Part shown: piece after piece, positions 22,871-35,938 of the stretch
How the letters are laid out: each line of letters starts with the position of its first letter
Numbering within the stretch: the stretch's first letter is position 1
NCBI GenBank assembly: GCA_035084275.1
Contig: CM068754.1
Span: 8,184,001 to 8,248,000, forward strand
Origin: Hydrolagus colliei
Taxonomy: Eukaryota
DNA length: 64,000 nucleotides
Reading direction: 5' to 3'
Program-made: the position numbers and the translations under genes
Notes under the pieces: generated by a model
Database searches by the model: none
Seen by the model: only the letters and a program-made list of their open reading frames with translations
Told to the model about the DNA's origin: nothing

Positions 22871-25504
22871 GGCTCAGCAATTACACATGGAAACATCAGG
22901 AGAGGAATTGCAAATTCCTACTTATACTCTAGCCAGAGTAGTGTATGTCCCTTATGTTTTGAAGAATATTTTTCATACAGATATATGTTTTGTATATCTA
23001 CTGTATTTCACCTCAACAGATTTGACAGCAAATTTGAACAACTTGTATTTTACTTCCCCCAGCAGTTATTTACACTTGCTCGGTTATGTCCAGTCCCATC
23101 GAGTTGTTATCACATCTGCAAGAAATAAGAACCAAAATTGGGGCAAGTAGGGATATTAATGAGCTTCCCCAAAAAAACGGCTTAACTAAGTCTCATTGCT
23201 GCGTTTGCAGTTTGTGTTGATTTGATTTGTACGGCTTGGAGCAAAGTGTGTCGTTTTCCATCTTATTTACACTGTTTCTACGCAGTGTGTTGTCTCTGAG
23301 CTCTTTCCTAATAAACCTATTCCCCTTTGAGCGTAGCAATAATGTGAGAACATCCATAGAAGAATCTATTACAGCTTCAGTCTCGTCTACAGAGATTCAC
23401 ATCCAGTTCCCAGTCTTCCTGTCCCTCCATTGGGAATGACTTTTTTTGTACAGTGAGATAAGCTAACGTCTTGATTAGGCTGACAAATGCAAATGGTAAA
23501 CCAATGCAGAAATGTGTCTGGAGTTAGCCTATAAATGAAATTGATTCCCTTTAAGGTCAGTGTATGAACTTAATCAAAAGGAAGGTGCAGATAATTAATA
23601 GAGCAAATCCTAAAGTTTCATTAGTGTTTGAGATCAGGATCCATTTTGTCAGGTACCCACTAACTTTCTGCAGCTAAACTCAAGCACTGTCCCGTCGAAT
23701 CCCTCAACTGAAATTGATCTAGTGTTGGGAGACTAGAATTAGCATTGGGAATGGATTTTTACAAGATAGAACATGTAGGTTCACCACATTAGAGATAACC
23801 AAATGCTTCAAATCTGAAATAAAAACTGAAAATGAAGGAAATGCTTTTTTAAATACTCTCTGATGCCTGTTTACAGCTGGATAGCGTTCCCCTTGAGTAA
23901 CATTATTAGGTGAGTGAAGCCAGATTCATGCATTCCATTCTTAATCGCATCGGTTGGGAATGAGCTGAAGAGGTAATGTTAAAATGTCACACTTCTGTTG
24001 TATGTATGAGCAACTGAAGGAAGTTTGGAGGCTCGTGTGTCTGATAAAGACTGAAACACCAAACTAGATGGAGCCTGTCTCCATACTGCTAAATAGCATG
24101 TTTCCGTGCTGCTACAATCTGCGTAATTAAAACTAATTCCAAGCACTGTTGATAATAGACCTGTGCCTTACTCATTGGCAGCATTTCGAGTGATACAGCA
24201 GTCACTGAAAGCAGGGACTTTTCCCACTCAGCTCCTGTTAACTCTGCAAGCCAAATCCCCAACAGATGGGGTGGTTTTAGCTGGACAAGCAACGGGAAGG
24301 TTGTCACACAATGTTCGCAATGGCAAACTCTGCTGTTTAACTGGTTAAACTCCACCAGGATCATAGCGCATACCATGGGGTTTCCAAGCCTCGTTTGTCT
24401 CTTGCCAACCTGAGTCTAATGCTTTCAAGCATTATCTAAGAAGGATGCTTCCCTCCGGAGAGAAAGTCTGCAAAGAAAATTTTCTATGCATAAACCTAAT
24501 CTCAATCTGGCACAGACACTCTTAAACACGATGATGTCAAGCACCCAGCCGACCAAAAAAGTATAGTTCAGCTGCTCACTGGGTAAAGAAACCAACACTT
24601 TCTCAGTGTTGAATGACTACTTTCTCAAACACAGTTGTTTGGGTGCCTGGTGCTATACAGTTCTACATGTTATAGAGTATTTGTGGGTAATATAGGTCTA
24701 AGTGAACAAATTGTCAAACTATTTATGAGTTAGAGACATTAAACAAATTAAGCTTGATGGTAAATGTATTTGTATGCTTCAGCTCAAAGTATAGAAAAGT
24801 TTTTATTCCAGTAGCTGATGATGTCACTTCATCCATTACATGCAAGAGGGTGAGCAAAAGAATGTAATTATATCTGGTAATAAAAGCACTGATGGTGTAA
24901 AAGGGAAAGTGTCAAAGTGAATTACCAGAGATTTAGGTTTCTAATGTACACTAAATGAATAACATAAGAAAGTACACTTGTAAAGAGGGCATTACCAACA
25001 CTAAGACGTTTCAATTGCTCAGAAATATATCGACTAGAATGAGACACCAATGAGCTGCAAATGCTCATGCAACCATAGCCCCAATGGAGGATAAAGCACC
25101 TTGATCAAGGGCTGAAATTCAACGGCAAGGGTGTCCTGACCATTTCATTTTGTGCACAGGGGCGTAGATCCCATCATTTATTACCTCCTTGCTGTCTTGC
25201 TGAACTCAAAAATCGAACGAGCGACACAGTTCTATTGAGGAATCTCTCCATCAGTAGTCAAGCAAAGGAATACACAGGTATGATAGAAATCAATGTCATC
25301 AGATTGCAACATGTTCAAAAAACTAGCATCGAACATGGCAGCTGGTGATGAGACCAAACACTGTAGTATTAGTTACAACGATTATATCAGATATGCTTTT
25401 ATTCCTGTCTGTCAGGTGCTGTAGCAACAGAGCCAGGTAGAGATTACCGTAACATGCTCAGATTTGGTTTCATAAACGGCATTGTGGAGCCGCACAACAA
25501 GTGA

Positions 25505-26065
25505 CAACAACAAAATTACATTTATGGAGCACCTTTCACATCAGGAGGATGTCCCAAGGCGCTGAACAGTCAGGGGTTAGGCCCTGAGCTGGGGGATGGT
25601 GGTGTGTGGGGAGGGTTGCATGGCTAGGATGAAGGAGGGCAGTGAAGTAGGAGAGCAACTGAAGGCATGGTCGAATAGGAGGATTTGAGATGGGCCTTCA
25701 AGAAGGCAAGGGACGGAGCAAGGCCAAGGGATTGTGGGATGGTTCCAAAGAAGTGGGGCAGAGAGGTTGAAAGTCTGGTTGCTGATGGTAGGGTGGGTCG
25801 GGCAGGAGATGAGGGTCAGACCGGAGCCTGCTGAACTGAGGGAGCAGACAGGTTGATAGGGGGGGACCCGAGCTGCAGAGTTTTGGCTGATCTGCAGCTT
25901 GTGGAGTGAAGAGTTGGTGACGGCAATGAAGAGGTAATTTCCTCAGTAGAGTCATGAGGTGACAAATGCGTATGAGGGTTTTGACGGTCTGAGGGGTGTG
26001 GCAATAGTGCAGTAAGGCAATGTTGCAGAGGTGGTGGAAGGCATGGCTCGGATTTGGGGGAGATA
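25505..26065 (-). mobile_element. Older L2-clade LINE 3' fragment
   Basis: The tail caacaacaaaattacatttatggagcacctttcacatcaggaggatgtcccaaggcgct and the upstream sequence are homologous to 1157-1478, with a degraded ORF. Confidence 0.85.
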
Positions 26066-27577
26066 CACATGATGAAATTAATTCAAAATCTTAATCCCTT
26101 ACCCAATTCCGATGGTTTTAAAACCATTGCTTAATTTAACAATTTCCATTTACATATATTGTGTTACAGAGTCAGACTGGATGCAAATTCAGCCTAGCTA
26201 GCTAGGATAGGTGTTTATACTCCACACAAACCCTCCCTATTCCCCTCACCTATAATTGTCTATTTCCTTCACCTTCATATGTCCATCAAGTTCTCCCTTA
26301 GTCACTAACACCGTGTACTTTACAGTTCTTTATAGAACCATAAGGAATATCATGTACTGCTCCTTAAAATATAGTCTCAAGGCTGAACTGCTTTCACTCG
26401 ACAAGCTTTACAACCAAGGCTGTGTTGGTGCTGGAACATTGCAACAGTGGCTGTTTGTCTGTGAGACAGACTCACTGAGCCGAGTAGATGCTACTGAAAT
26501 GTAATGGTCTTCCTTTGCACTGGAGCCAGCCACGAAGTAGAAGTTCTGCAGAATCCTAAGGTTTTATTGAAAGATTGCAGGAGACCAACTCACTTGTGAT
26601 GGACTGAAACGGGCGACGTGGTTCCTCAGAGATTATGTCCTTGCCGGCAGCAATGGGCATGTTTTGTTGATAAAAGTGCAGCTCAAAACATTATAAAATC
26701 TTAAAGGGGGACTGCCGTCTGTTAAACTGCCTTGGGAGGTACTAACTCCAGTGTAATGGGAATATGACTGGCATTGTCACATGACCCTATTTAGGACAAC
26801 TATTTTGGATTGTTTGAATGAATAAAGATAAATTGCAATCATTCACGCTGCAGAATATTGCCATTTGCCAGAGGGCAAACTCGCTTTCTGACTAGAACAT
26901 TGAGGTTTTTTTTGGCAGTTACTCTTCCCATGTCTTTTCCTGAGCCTGTCATAAACACTAGAAAAAGGCCATTAAAAATCCCTCAAATACAAGCAATTCT
27001 ACATCTGTGATGTTCAGTCATTACAATATAAAATATGTAGATTGCTATATCTGCACAAAAAAGAATGTGCTACTTTTTTGGTGAAATTCTCCCTTCCCAG
27101 CAGCTAACGTTATAACCCTGGGCAAGAATTGTAAAAGGATCAAATTCTCTAGCATCACGTACAGATGTGCTGAAGTTAAATAGGTATAATAATAAGAGTA
27201 AGAATAATTTGATGGCCGAACAGGGAAAAGTCCAAACCGATAAAAATTGATAAATCTTAGAAATCTATATGAATTATGCATAATAAGAGGCATCTTGGAA
27301 ATAATGTGTTCAATACACGTGTCCAATGCAATGTCAGTATTCAGATGGTGTTCATAAAACACTACAGCTATCCCCTTGAGGGTTCAGAGACCACCTGAAC
27401 CCCTTAAGTATGTTACAGCCTTATTCACAAAACCCACTGTCTGTTCTCCATATTGTGAGTCTAAATGTTAAAATAAAATAACATAAAATTAGTAACAATA
27501 GCTTCAAGTCAAATTGTTGCTATGTAATCCAACAGTGAAGAGCAACTAAATTTAAACATGGTACAGTATTTGATTTC

Positions 27578-27905
27578 GGTTTAGCTCAGCTTTACCTTTG
27601 AGGCAGAAGGTTATGGGTTCAAGCCCAAAATTGGGACATTGGAGGTGCAGTTCTACAGAATGTATGTTACACCAAAGTCTCTCCCCCACTCCCTACCTTC
27701 TTGTCTTTCGGATTGAATTTGAAGTTTCAGTTGAACTAATCAAGATGAGACGGACGTTTCTGACTGTGTTTTGCCCCAAAATCCTCCACAAAAAATCTGC
27801 CATCCACATAGCAGCTCTTGCTTGGACTTTGTTTCATGCAAAACAGCTGCCATACTACATATAAACTAAATATAAATTAATATGAAGCACTTTGAAATTG
27901 TTTGC
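27578..27905 (+). mobile_element. Highly decayed SacSINE1-like element
   Basis: tagctcag...tgaggcagaaggttatgggttcaagccc...gtctttcggat...tgaagcactttgaaa. Confidence 0.5.
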
Positions 27906-28815
27906 TGTATATACATGCCATAACAAAACAAGTTATTTGATCTATCTTTCACACCTGACACTTTTGCAAAAGACTTTGTAATATTGACTTCCGGTTCAAC
28001 ACCCTTTATTCCTTTGATGATATCGACCCACTCACACATTACTGCCTTGTTCAATAAAAGTTTAGAAAATCTATAATAATTTCTTCAACGCCCAACTCCA
28101 AATGAATGCCTTGTGGTACTATTTGTTCCCGTTTTCTCTGGTATTAATGGTAAAGAATGAAGTGAAGCTACCTGATGTCCCATGGTGGGTAATGTAGCTA
28201 CCCCATGTCAGTGATTCCCAATGGTCAAGTCTTCTCAGTCTTGCTGGGGGAAAACAAAAGTTTCTATTGATCGCATTCCATCCCAAGCTGGTTTGTAAAA
28301 AAAAATGATTCACGAACAAGAGGTAAAAATGTTCAGAAAATGTATTTCCCAAGAAGAGGATTTACTGCTGCAAAATCTGGATCAATAATCATGCACAATG
28401 GAATGCGTTACTCCTTCATAATTAGGTAACCCTAACGGCGGTTGCATTTTACACGATTTCTGTGTCAAACATTCACACACTCCATGTGTGAGATGCTATA
28501 GGATACTACAGGCACAGGCAAAAAACAAGAGGAAGATTTGAAAACCTAAATGTAAAAATTAAGCTTAAGAAACTCTTGTTTGATTCTTGAATTTCTTTAT
28601 CTGTATACAGTATTTCAAACAGGATTTATGATGAACGTTTTAATTTTCAATAATCTTAAGGGATTACATCTATTGCAAAAATATTTCAGCAACATGAAAG
28701 TGTAAATAATTAATCACTAAATGTACAATTTATACAACTAATAATGTTATCAACAGTTTCTCTGGACTAAGAAAATGGATGATACCACACAAGCGAATCT
28801 AACGAATTGTGTGAA

Positions 28816-29230
28816 AGCCTGGCTCAGTCATAGCACTCTCGTCTCTGTGTTGAAAGGTTATGAGTTGAAGTCCCACATTGGGATTTGGAATCACATTGTG
28901 TAATCTGACACTCTGATGCAGTGCTGGTGTTAGATTGTCAGAGATGCTGTCCTTTGCATGAGACATTAAATGAAGGTGTCATATGCCTATTGGTTCCATT
29001 CAAAAAGAGAAAGGAGTTTCTCCCTAGGTCCTGGCAAACATTTCCCCAAATAAAAATTGGTTACTGACTCCATGGCTGTTTATCAGACATTGCTATAAAC
29101 AAACCGGATGCTGCATTTTGCTCACAAAATACAGTCACTCCACTTTACAATATATCCTGTGAAGCGCTTTAGAATGTCTCGAGGACATGATAATGCACTA
29201 TATCAAATGCTAGGATTATGACTATTATTA
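28816..29230 (+). mobile_element. Full-length old SacSINE1/DeuSINE-like element
   Basis: agcctggctcagtcatagcactctcgtctctg...aaggttatgagttgaagtcccac...ctgacactc...gatgctgtcctttgcatgagacattaaa...ggagtttctccc...gtcctggc...tgtgaagcgcttt...tatatcaaatgctaggatt. Confidence 0.8.
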
Positions 29231-29277
29231 TCTAATCATTGACAATATACCCTCAGGGTAAGGAAGATCATGCTGCA

Positions 29278-29380
29278 TAATAATTATCCTTGCATTTGAT
29301 ATAGAATCTCATCATATTGTCAAGACATCTCAAACAACTTCACAGTTCCCTGTAAAGTATATTAACTGTGAATTTGTAGA
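29278..29380 (-). mobile_element. SINE tail fragment, tail-to-tail with the preceding element
   Basis: atccttgcatttgatatag...agacatctcaaacaacttcacag...ctgtaaagt. Confidence 0.7.
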
Positions 29381-29404
29381 TTTGAAAACATTGTTTCAAA
29401 TTGC

Positions 29405-29505
29405 ATCCCAGCTCAGCAACACTGAGGCCAATTGTACAACATGCGCAATCATTTCAGCTGAAATCAGGCAACTCAAAGCGTACTAGGAAATTCAACTTGG
29501 AACCA
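29405..29505 (-). mobile_element. Ancient SINE family B fragment
   Basis: cactgaggccaattgta...gctgaaatcaggcaactca. Confidence 0.6.
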
Positions 29506-30824
29506 AGGTACAGTACAGTATTTCAAACTTGAAATCCACATTGATTGGTTTTCAGAGAGCTATTTCTGGTTTCCAAAAGAATGTACAAAACAATTTCACC
29601 TTTAAAAGGTAGAAGGCAAATCTAATCTTATCTATCCTCATTCAGGACACTGATATTAATTGATCACAGAGATTGACTAATTTAAAGAGAATGTCCCTCT
29701 AAGCATGTACAGTTATCTCCTAATTTCTTTCCAATTATGTACTCCACAATAGCATGTTTACAATATATTCTTGCAACTGCTTATAATAAAGTTTTATTTG
29801 TCTTGTGCAAGTTGATTACAGTATTGATATTTTGCTTGCTTGGCAGAATGTACTTTTGGTAGATTCAGTTTCTACCTCTCTTTCCCTGTGGAACCAACTT
29901 AAATCAGATTGTAACACCTATTTTGTAGAACATTCTAATAAACACATCCGTGAATTAAAATAAATTGTGTGCCAGAAAAAAGCTGATGCCTCCGGGATTT
30001 TTTTTAAAAGTAAAACGACTTCAAAACAATTGTCGACCAAATATGATTGTCACTCTATTTCAAAATTGATGCAAATAACGATTCCCCCCCACCCCCCCAC
30101 ACTTTGTTTTTAATGTTATTGCTTTTATCCAAGGAAGAACAACTCATCATCCACCTTTACATCGCAGCATTATTATCTTATCCCTAATTCCTTCTCAGAA
30201 TGGAGTCAATTTATTTCCCCTCCAACCAGTGAATGTCCAGGACAATAGATAAAATTGTTCACTTAATCCTTGGCGGCTGGTGCGACATTCCATTGTGCAA
30301 ATTAGTTGCTGCACTTCATCTATTAAAATAAATGCAGTCACTGCATTTTACGAAAATCCCGTGAAGGGTATTGAGAACAACCTGAAAGGTGCTTTACACT
30401 AAATTAAGGATAATTATTACCACTTTCTATATTTAGGGCACCTTTCCAAAAGCCCACCCACTTTAAAGCCTTCGATTCCCATGTCTTATATAAGCATCCT
30501 ATCCACTGATGGACTGTTCCGTAGGTTTATTATTGGCAATTTCCATGTCTTCCTGATCCGCAAAATAACACTCCAAATTGCAATGACAGAAATCCTGCAT
30601 TAATCTCACATTCTCGTTTTTTTTCTTTCCATTTTTATCTTGTGGTGAAGCCTGATTCTATGCATATGTACCACCATCCTCTCCTTTCCTCGAGTAAATG
30701 TTCTCCATGTCTCAGCATTGTCAATGAATGCTGGCAGACTTGCTGACAATACAAGGGAATCACAAATTGCCCAAATCTCATTTTCAGCCAATGTCAACAT
30801 ATGCCCATTTTCCATCTGGAATCA

Positions 30825-30955
30825 CTGGAGCAGGTATCCCAGCTCAGGAACACCACAGCCAATTGTATCACATATGCTACCATTCTAGCTGAAATTAGCC
30901 AACTCAGAGTGTATTAGGAACTGAATTTGGAATCTTTCTGGTTATGTGACTCAGA
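30825..30955 (-). mobile_element. Ancient SINE family B fragment
   Basis: gccaattgta...gctgaaattagccaactcag...tttctggttatgtgactcag. Confidence 0.6.
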
Positions 30956-31525
30956 TGTAAAGCCCGATAACCAGTGAACACATCCCATAAACCACACTCA
31001 TGTCCTTTAGGCTATCACATAAACCCACAAAATACTCAGTCCCTACGCTTTACACTTCATCTTATCTAACAGTTTGAAATGGCCTTCCAACGTGAAAGGC
31101 ACAAAATCAAATGTAAGGATTGTTGCTTTGAAATAAAGTGAAAGCTTGATAGCATTAAAAAGGACAATAAAATCAACTACTTAATCCCAGTTTGAATATC
31201 TTCCCTGGACTATTTATAACAAATTTCTAGGGTTTATGTAAATTATTATTATTTACTTTGTTTTCCAGGATAATTGGACATTTCAACATAAGTTGATTTA
31301 ATTTGACAAGGCACAATGCAGCAAAGTAAAATCCAATATAATATCTAACGCATGTAAATCAGCGAGATAATGCGATAAGAGGATTGATTCCGCTTGAGTA
31401 GACAAATTAGGCACTATTGGAATATTCATATAAAATAGAGCCACTGAATCCCGCAGGAAGGTCCAAACACTTAAGATATTAGAAAAGCTGAATGTTAAAA
31501 TTCAGATGAAATTATAGAAATAGCA

Positions 31526-31743
31526 CAACGGAACCTCGATTATCTATCAAATTGGAGTAGTAAACCCCCGCACCCCCACGGTTTGCTTTCCCCGTCTCTT
31601 CACCTTCCCTCCTTTTCAATTGCCTTCCTCTCCCGTTCTCTCGTTCACATACTTCATCCACCCTTCTTCCCTTCTCCCAGTCCCCTCCTCTCCCTTCCAT
31701 CCCTTTGAGTAATTGGGATTAGCAAATAATTGAGGTTCCACTT
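31526..31743. mobile_element. pogo/Tigger-type MITE with a pyrimidine-rich interior
   Basis: TIR-like ends caacggaacctcgattat and ataattgaggttccactt are similar to CAGTGGAACCTC-type Tigger termini. Confidence 0.65.
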
Positions 31744-32413
31744 TGCAAGTATCATAAAGCTATCGAAATGAATACATTCTTTGCCAATACTTTCTTAAGT
31801 AAGTGCGGAAATAAGAGCTCTGGTCACTGATTATAAATTTCAAGTGTGGAGGCGGTTTTCATCAGATTTGCAGCACACTGGCTTCATTCTATTTAATGAG
31901 CCTTTATAAGCAAGCATGGTCAATAAAACAATGGCCGTGTGGGACTGCAGCCATCCATCATGGTCCTCATACCTGCCATATAGAAATCGTATCTCAGTGA
32001 GTTCTCAGAGACTGATGTCGAGTAGACGAGCGGATTACCTGCCTTCCCAATTATGGCAGATAATTGGGAACATAGATAAAAGGCGCACGGATGATGGAAA
32101 TTACAGTGTGCTAACAAATGCTGTTCTGTGCACCGATGTATCAATATAATTCCTCATATGATGAAGTCCCCATCGTAGCTACTCTATGTTGTTGGGAGTT
32201 CCAGTCAGTTAAAGATGAGATGTTTTTCCAATGTGTGGGAAGAGTAACAACTCCAAGTCAGGAGACAAGTCACCATGAACTATTCACAAACAACTCACTG
32301 ACTTCCAGACACCCAGATCCACAGTGCAATTAACAGAGAGCTTGGGAACACAGTTCAGTCTTATAAAACAGATGTGCAGGGTCAGAGAGGGAGGTTTGTG
32401 TGAATGCAAAAAT

Positions 32414-32472
32414 CTTGGGACGTCCTCCCGACGTGAAAGGCGCTCTATAAATGTAATTTTGTTGTTGTTGTT
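32414..32472 (+). mobile_element. Young L2 3' tail only (about 60 nt)
   Basis: ttgggacgtcctcccgacgtgaaaggcgctctataaatgtaattttgttgttgttg is nearly identical to 1418-1478. Confidence 0.9.
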
Positions 32473-33073
32473 CTTTCAAGAATAAGTGAAACTGAAGTGA
32501 AGTCTCAAAATCCAAACGCCACTGTCCAGAACAATTTGGGGTCAAAGCGATTTGTATAAGGATTCCTTAGCAATGTCTCCGAGTCACTGAATGGGAATCC
32601 TTCTAGTAACTGCAAGTGCCTCACATTGACCTGTGGAAACTCTATTCTCGGAAGCAGGTGGCAATAACACACTTCTAGTTATTCCCACTTGTGATTCGGA
32701 GTGTTTAATCCTGATAGAAATCACCTTAATCGTAATATGGGATAAAATGTGGTAATAGATAATGGTAATCACTGCATGTTATCCTCTTTTGACCGTGAGC
32801 TCAAGGCCACTGCAGTGAGCCAAGGCCATCTCAAGCAGGCACTTTCTGCAAACATCTCACCAGAGCAGTGAATTACTAGAAACATTCACTTTACAGACTG
32901 ACGGCATTCATTTCAGATGGCGAGTTACTGAAAGTTGGACAGATTGGATGTATTTTGTTCCCTCTTGGTATTGCTTGCTTCTTTGTTTTTTTTCCACAGA
33001 AACCATGAAGCGATTCTGTGGCATATTTTCAGTAAACGTATTTTCACAGCATGACCAATTATGAGGTTACTGT

Positions 33074-33128
33074 GTCCTCCTGACGTGAAAGGTGTTATAC
33101 AAGTGTAATTTTGTTGTTGTTGTTGTTG
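33074..33128 (+). mobile_element. L2 3' tail only
   Basis: gtcctcctgacgtgaaaggtgttatacaagtgtaattt(tgt)n. Confidence 0.8.
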
Positions 33129-34257
33129 CAAGAATTTTATATACCGGTATTTGATTTAATTCTACATAATCCTAAAGAAACTGAGTGTCAGAGAAAATAA
33201 CGTATTAATGGGCTTTGAGGCAAAACAGTCAAAAGTTACAACCGTAAGTTATATGTGACCTTTAGTTTTACTATAGAACATAATAAGTCTGTCATATCAT
33301 TAACATTTTAAATTACTGCTTCACCCTCATCCAGAAAGTACCATGACATTCTCTCCACTAATTTAATTGTTGCCACTGTTCTTCTTTCCTTCCTACACAC
33401 AAGAGGCTTGGATCAATGTTGAATAATACAACTACTGAACCCTCTCAGTGTCGGCTCCAAGAAACTAATCCAAGCCGTTACCCACAGTAGTCTGCAGCTT
33501 CCTTTTTAATAGCTTGCCTCAAATTGCTCAGGAGTCAGACTCCAGACAGGTCAGGAGAAGCACTCAATCATACAAATCACAAAGGCTTTGTGAACCACAT
33601 TGGATATGCTCTCAACCTGTTAGTGAACCCAGCCCCAGTCACAGTCATTATAAAATGAGCTGAGCTTGTTGGTTATCCATCCTCTGGCATCCACAGGTTT
33701 TGTTTTGCTGGGCCCAGGAGATGAAGCCATTACACACAAATGTAGACTTATGCTGACACAGTACAAACACAGCCTTGGTTGAGCCCTTCTGCATAATGTC
33801 TGTGCCGGAGGATGAGAAATGCGAACTATAAATTTTAAAAAAATGACTAAATGCTTAATTTATTTTCCCTCAAATTTCAGTGAAAATCAAGAATCGCTCA
33901 CAAACTTAGTTGCAAATGTACTATTTCAGAAGCAAATGTAACTGCTTTACTTATCTGCATCTCAAGTGCTGGGAATATATTATATATATAATATACATAT
34001 TATTGCTGCTGAATAGCTGAGTTCTGTCTTTTCCTTGCATTTCATTTGGCGCCTTTCATATCAAGAGGACGTCTCAAAGTACTTTACAGAAAATATAAGT
34101 ATGTGTTGTGGGCAAAATACATCACTTGCAGAGATATTCAACCATTACTGACCAGAAAAGGCTCAATTCAATCCATCTGTTCTCCATTTTGGTGGATGGA
34201 GCCATGGGGATATGACAATTAACCATGACTTAAGTGGGGAATTACAAAACCAAACAT

Positions 34258-34505
34258 GTTGGAATTGGCCTCAGTGTTTGCGGGAGAATCTGCCGACATA
34301 CTTTACTCTGGTCAGTATCCAACAATCTCCCTTCCCCCACCCTACGCTCCTCTGGTGAGCACATATGTGTCAGTCTCAGAGAACAACAAGATGTAGCTTA
34401 GCTGTGATGTCCATCTGCTCATGGATGGAAAGTGGTCCTCGGGTGAATGCGGGAAGGTAACCACTGCACTACGGGTGAGTTAGCACCTTCATGAGAGAAA
34501 ATGAA
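34258..34505 (+). mobile_element. Ancient SINE family B fragment (3' part)
   Basis: aattggcctcagtg...agcttagctgtgatg...agttagcaccttcatgagag. Confidence 0.5.
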
Positions 34506-35176
34506 GCAAAGCGTAGGGGAAAAAAATGATTTTCCTGGAAGAGGAGCTCTGTTATCTGAACTGCCGAGAGACATTCACCATGTTAATGTAATTATAACTT
34601 CAGCTAATTGAGATAAACAGAGGATGTGCAATACCCAAGAGACAAACCTTAAGGGGTTGTGGAACATGAAAACTTGGATAATACTGTGCTCTTTCCTTTA
34701 TAATCAAATAAATTTGCATGTCATAGCCAGAGACGCATATCGGCAGAGAAACAGATGGATTTTGCTAAACAGAGAGAATGAATCAATAGAAAAAAAATCA
34801 AAGCTAACTTAAATTTTCAGTTGCTCAATTCCCAGTCATTTGTCTCCTGAAGCTACCAGTTGCCTCTTTGTGGGAAAACTCTTGAGCTTTGTGAACCAAG
34901 CTTTGTGTTACACTCCTAATACTAGAGAAACATCATCAGAGAGACCATTAGTTGACATGGCCTCTATCTGGTCAAGTTCCTATATATGGGAAGCCTTCAA
35001 CTAGGGAGATATTTTGGGGACAGAACAAACACATTCCCACAGAGGGGAATCCCACAGAGTAGGACATCCAAACCTCCCTGGATGACTAAGAAAATTGGGA
35101 TTGAAATAAAACAGAAAAAGGAGGTTTATTATAAATGTCAGGTCAAAAGTACAGAAGATAATTAGAATATAGAGAG

Positions 35177-35462
35177 TAATAATAATAATCCTTGCACTTG
35201 ATATAGAGCTTTTCACATCTTCTAGACGTCTCAAAATGCTTCACAGAACTATACTGTAAAGTGAATTGACTGCATATTTTTGTGGCAAAACAAGGCAGCC
35301 AATTGCACACATCAGTGTCCCACAAACAGTTGTGGATTGAAATGACCATTTTTTTTTTTAGGAATTATTATTAGGTACATGGGCTAAGGAAACATGCCCA
35401 AGTTTTCACCCTGCCTGGAATTGAACCCTGGTCTCTTGCTAACCACTGAGCTACAGGACTCC
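35177..35462 (-). mobile_element. Full-length tRNA-derived SINE, short-core subfamily
   Basis: (aat)n ccttgcacttgatatagagcttttcacatcttctagacgtctcaaa...ctgcctggaattgaaccctggtctc...aaccactgagctacaggactcc. Confidence 0.9.
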
Positions 35463-35469
35463 AGACTCC

Positions 35470-35825
35470 AAAGTACAGAGGAGAACTGAAAAGGGAAATA
35501 AGAGGGGCAAAGAGATTGCATGAGAAAAGATTAGCGGGTAACATAAAGGGAACCCTAAAGAATTTTATAAGCATATAAAAAATGAAAGATTAGACAAAGG
35601 TTGGGTGAGTCCAATTAGGGACCAAAGAGGAAATCTTCTTGTGGCGGCAGAGGGTATGACTGACGTACTAAATGAGTACTTTGCATCTGTCTTCACAAAA
35701 GAAGAGGATGCAGGCAATGCCAATCCTCTCCGATGCCAATGCCATCGGAGAGGCTAGAAACATTGGATAAGATAAGAATAAACAGAGAGGTGTACCTAAA
35801 AAGGTTGGTCGGTGCTCAGGGTAGA
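35470..35825 (+). mobile_element. CR1 LINE ORF2 internal fragment (linker between endonuclease and RT)
   Basis: With one frameshift it translates as KYRGELKREIRGAKRLHEKRLAGNIKG/NPKEFYKHIKNERLDKGWVSPIRDQRGNLLVAAEGMTDVLNEYFASVFTKEED. The NPKxFY and LNxYFASVFT motifs are typical of CR1. Confidence 0.9.
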
Positions 35826-35879
35826 TATTTCACCCAGTACCTCCTTCCTTGTTCATTGTCCAACCTCTGTGAAGGCTCC

Positions 35880-35938
35880 CAACAACAACAACAACAATTT
35901 ACATTTATAGAGCGCCTTTCACGTCGGGAGGACGTCCC
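35880..35938 (-). mobile_element. Young L2 3' tail only
   Basis: (caa)n tttacatttatagagcgcctttcacgtcgggaggacgtccc. Confidence 0.9.

Noticed and set aside
33484-33496. 13-nt match to miR-199-3p (acagtagtctgca)
   Set aside because: The 3' half diverges and the miR-199-5p arm is absent.
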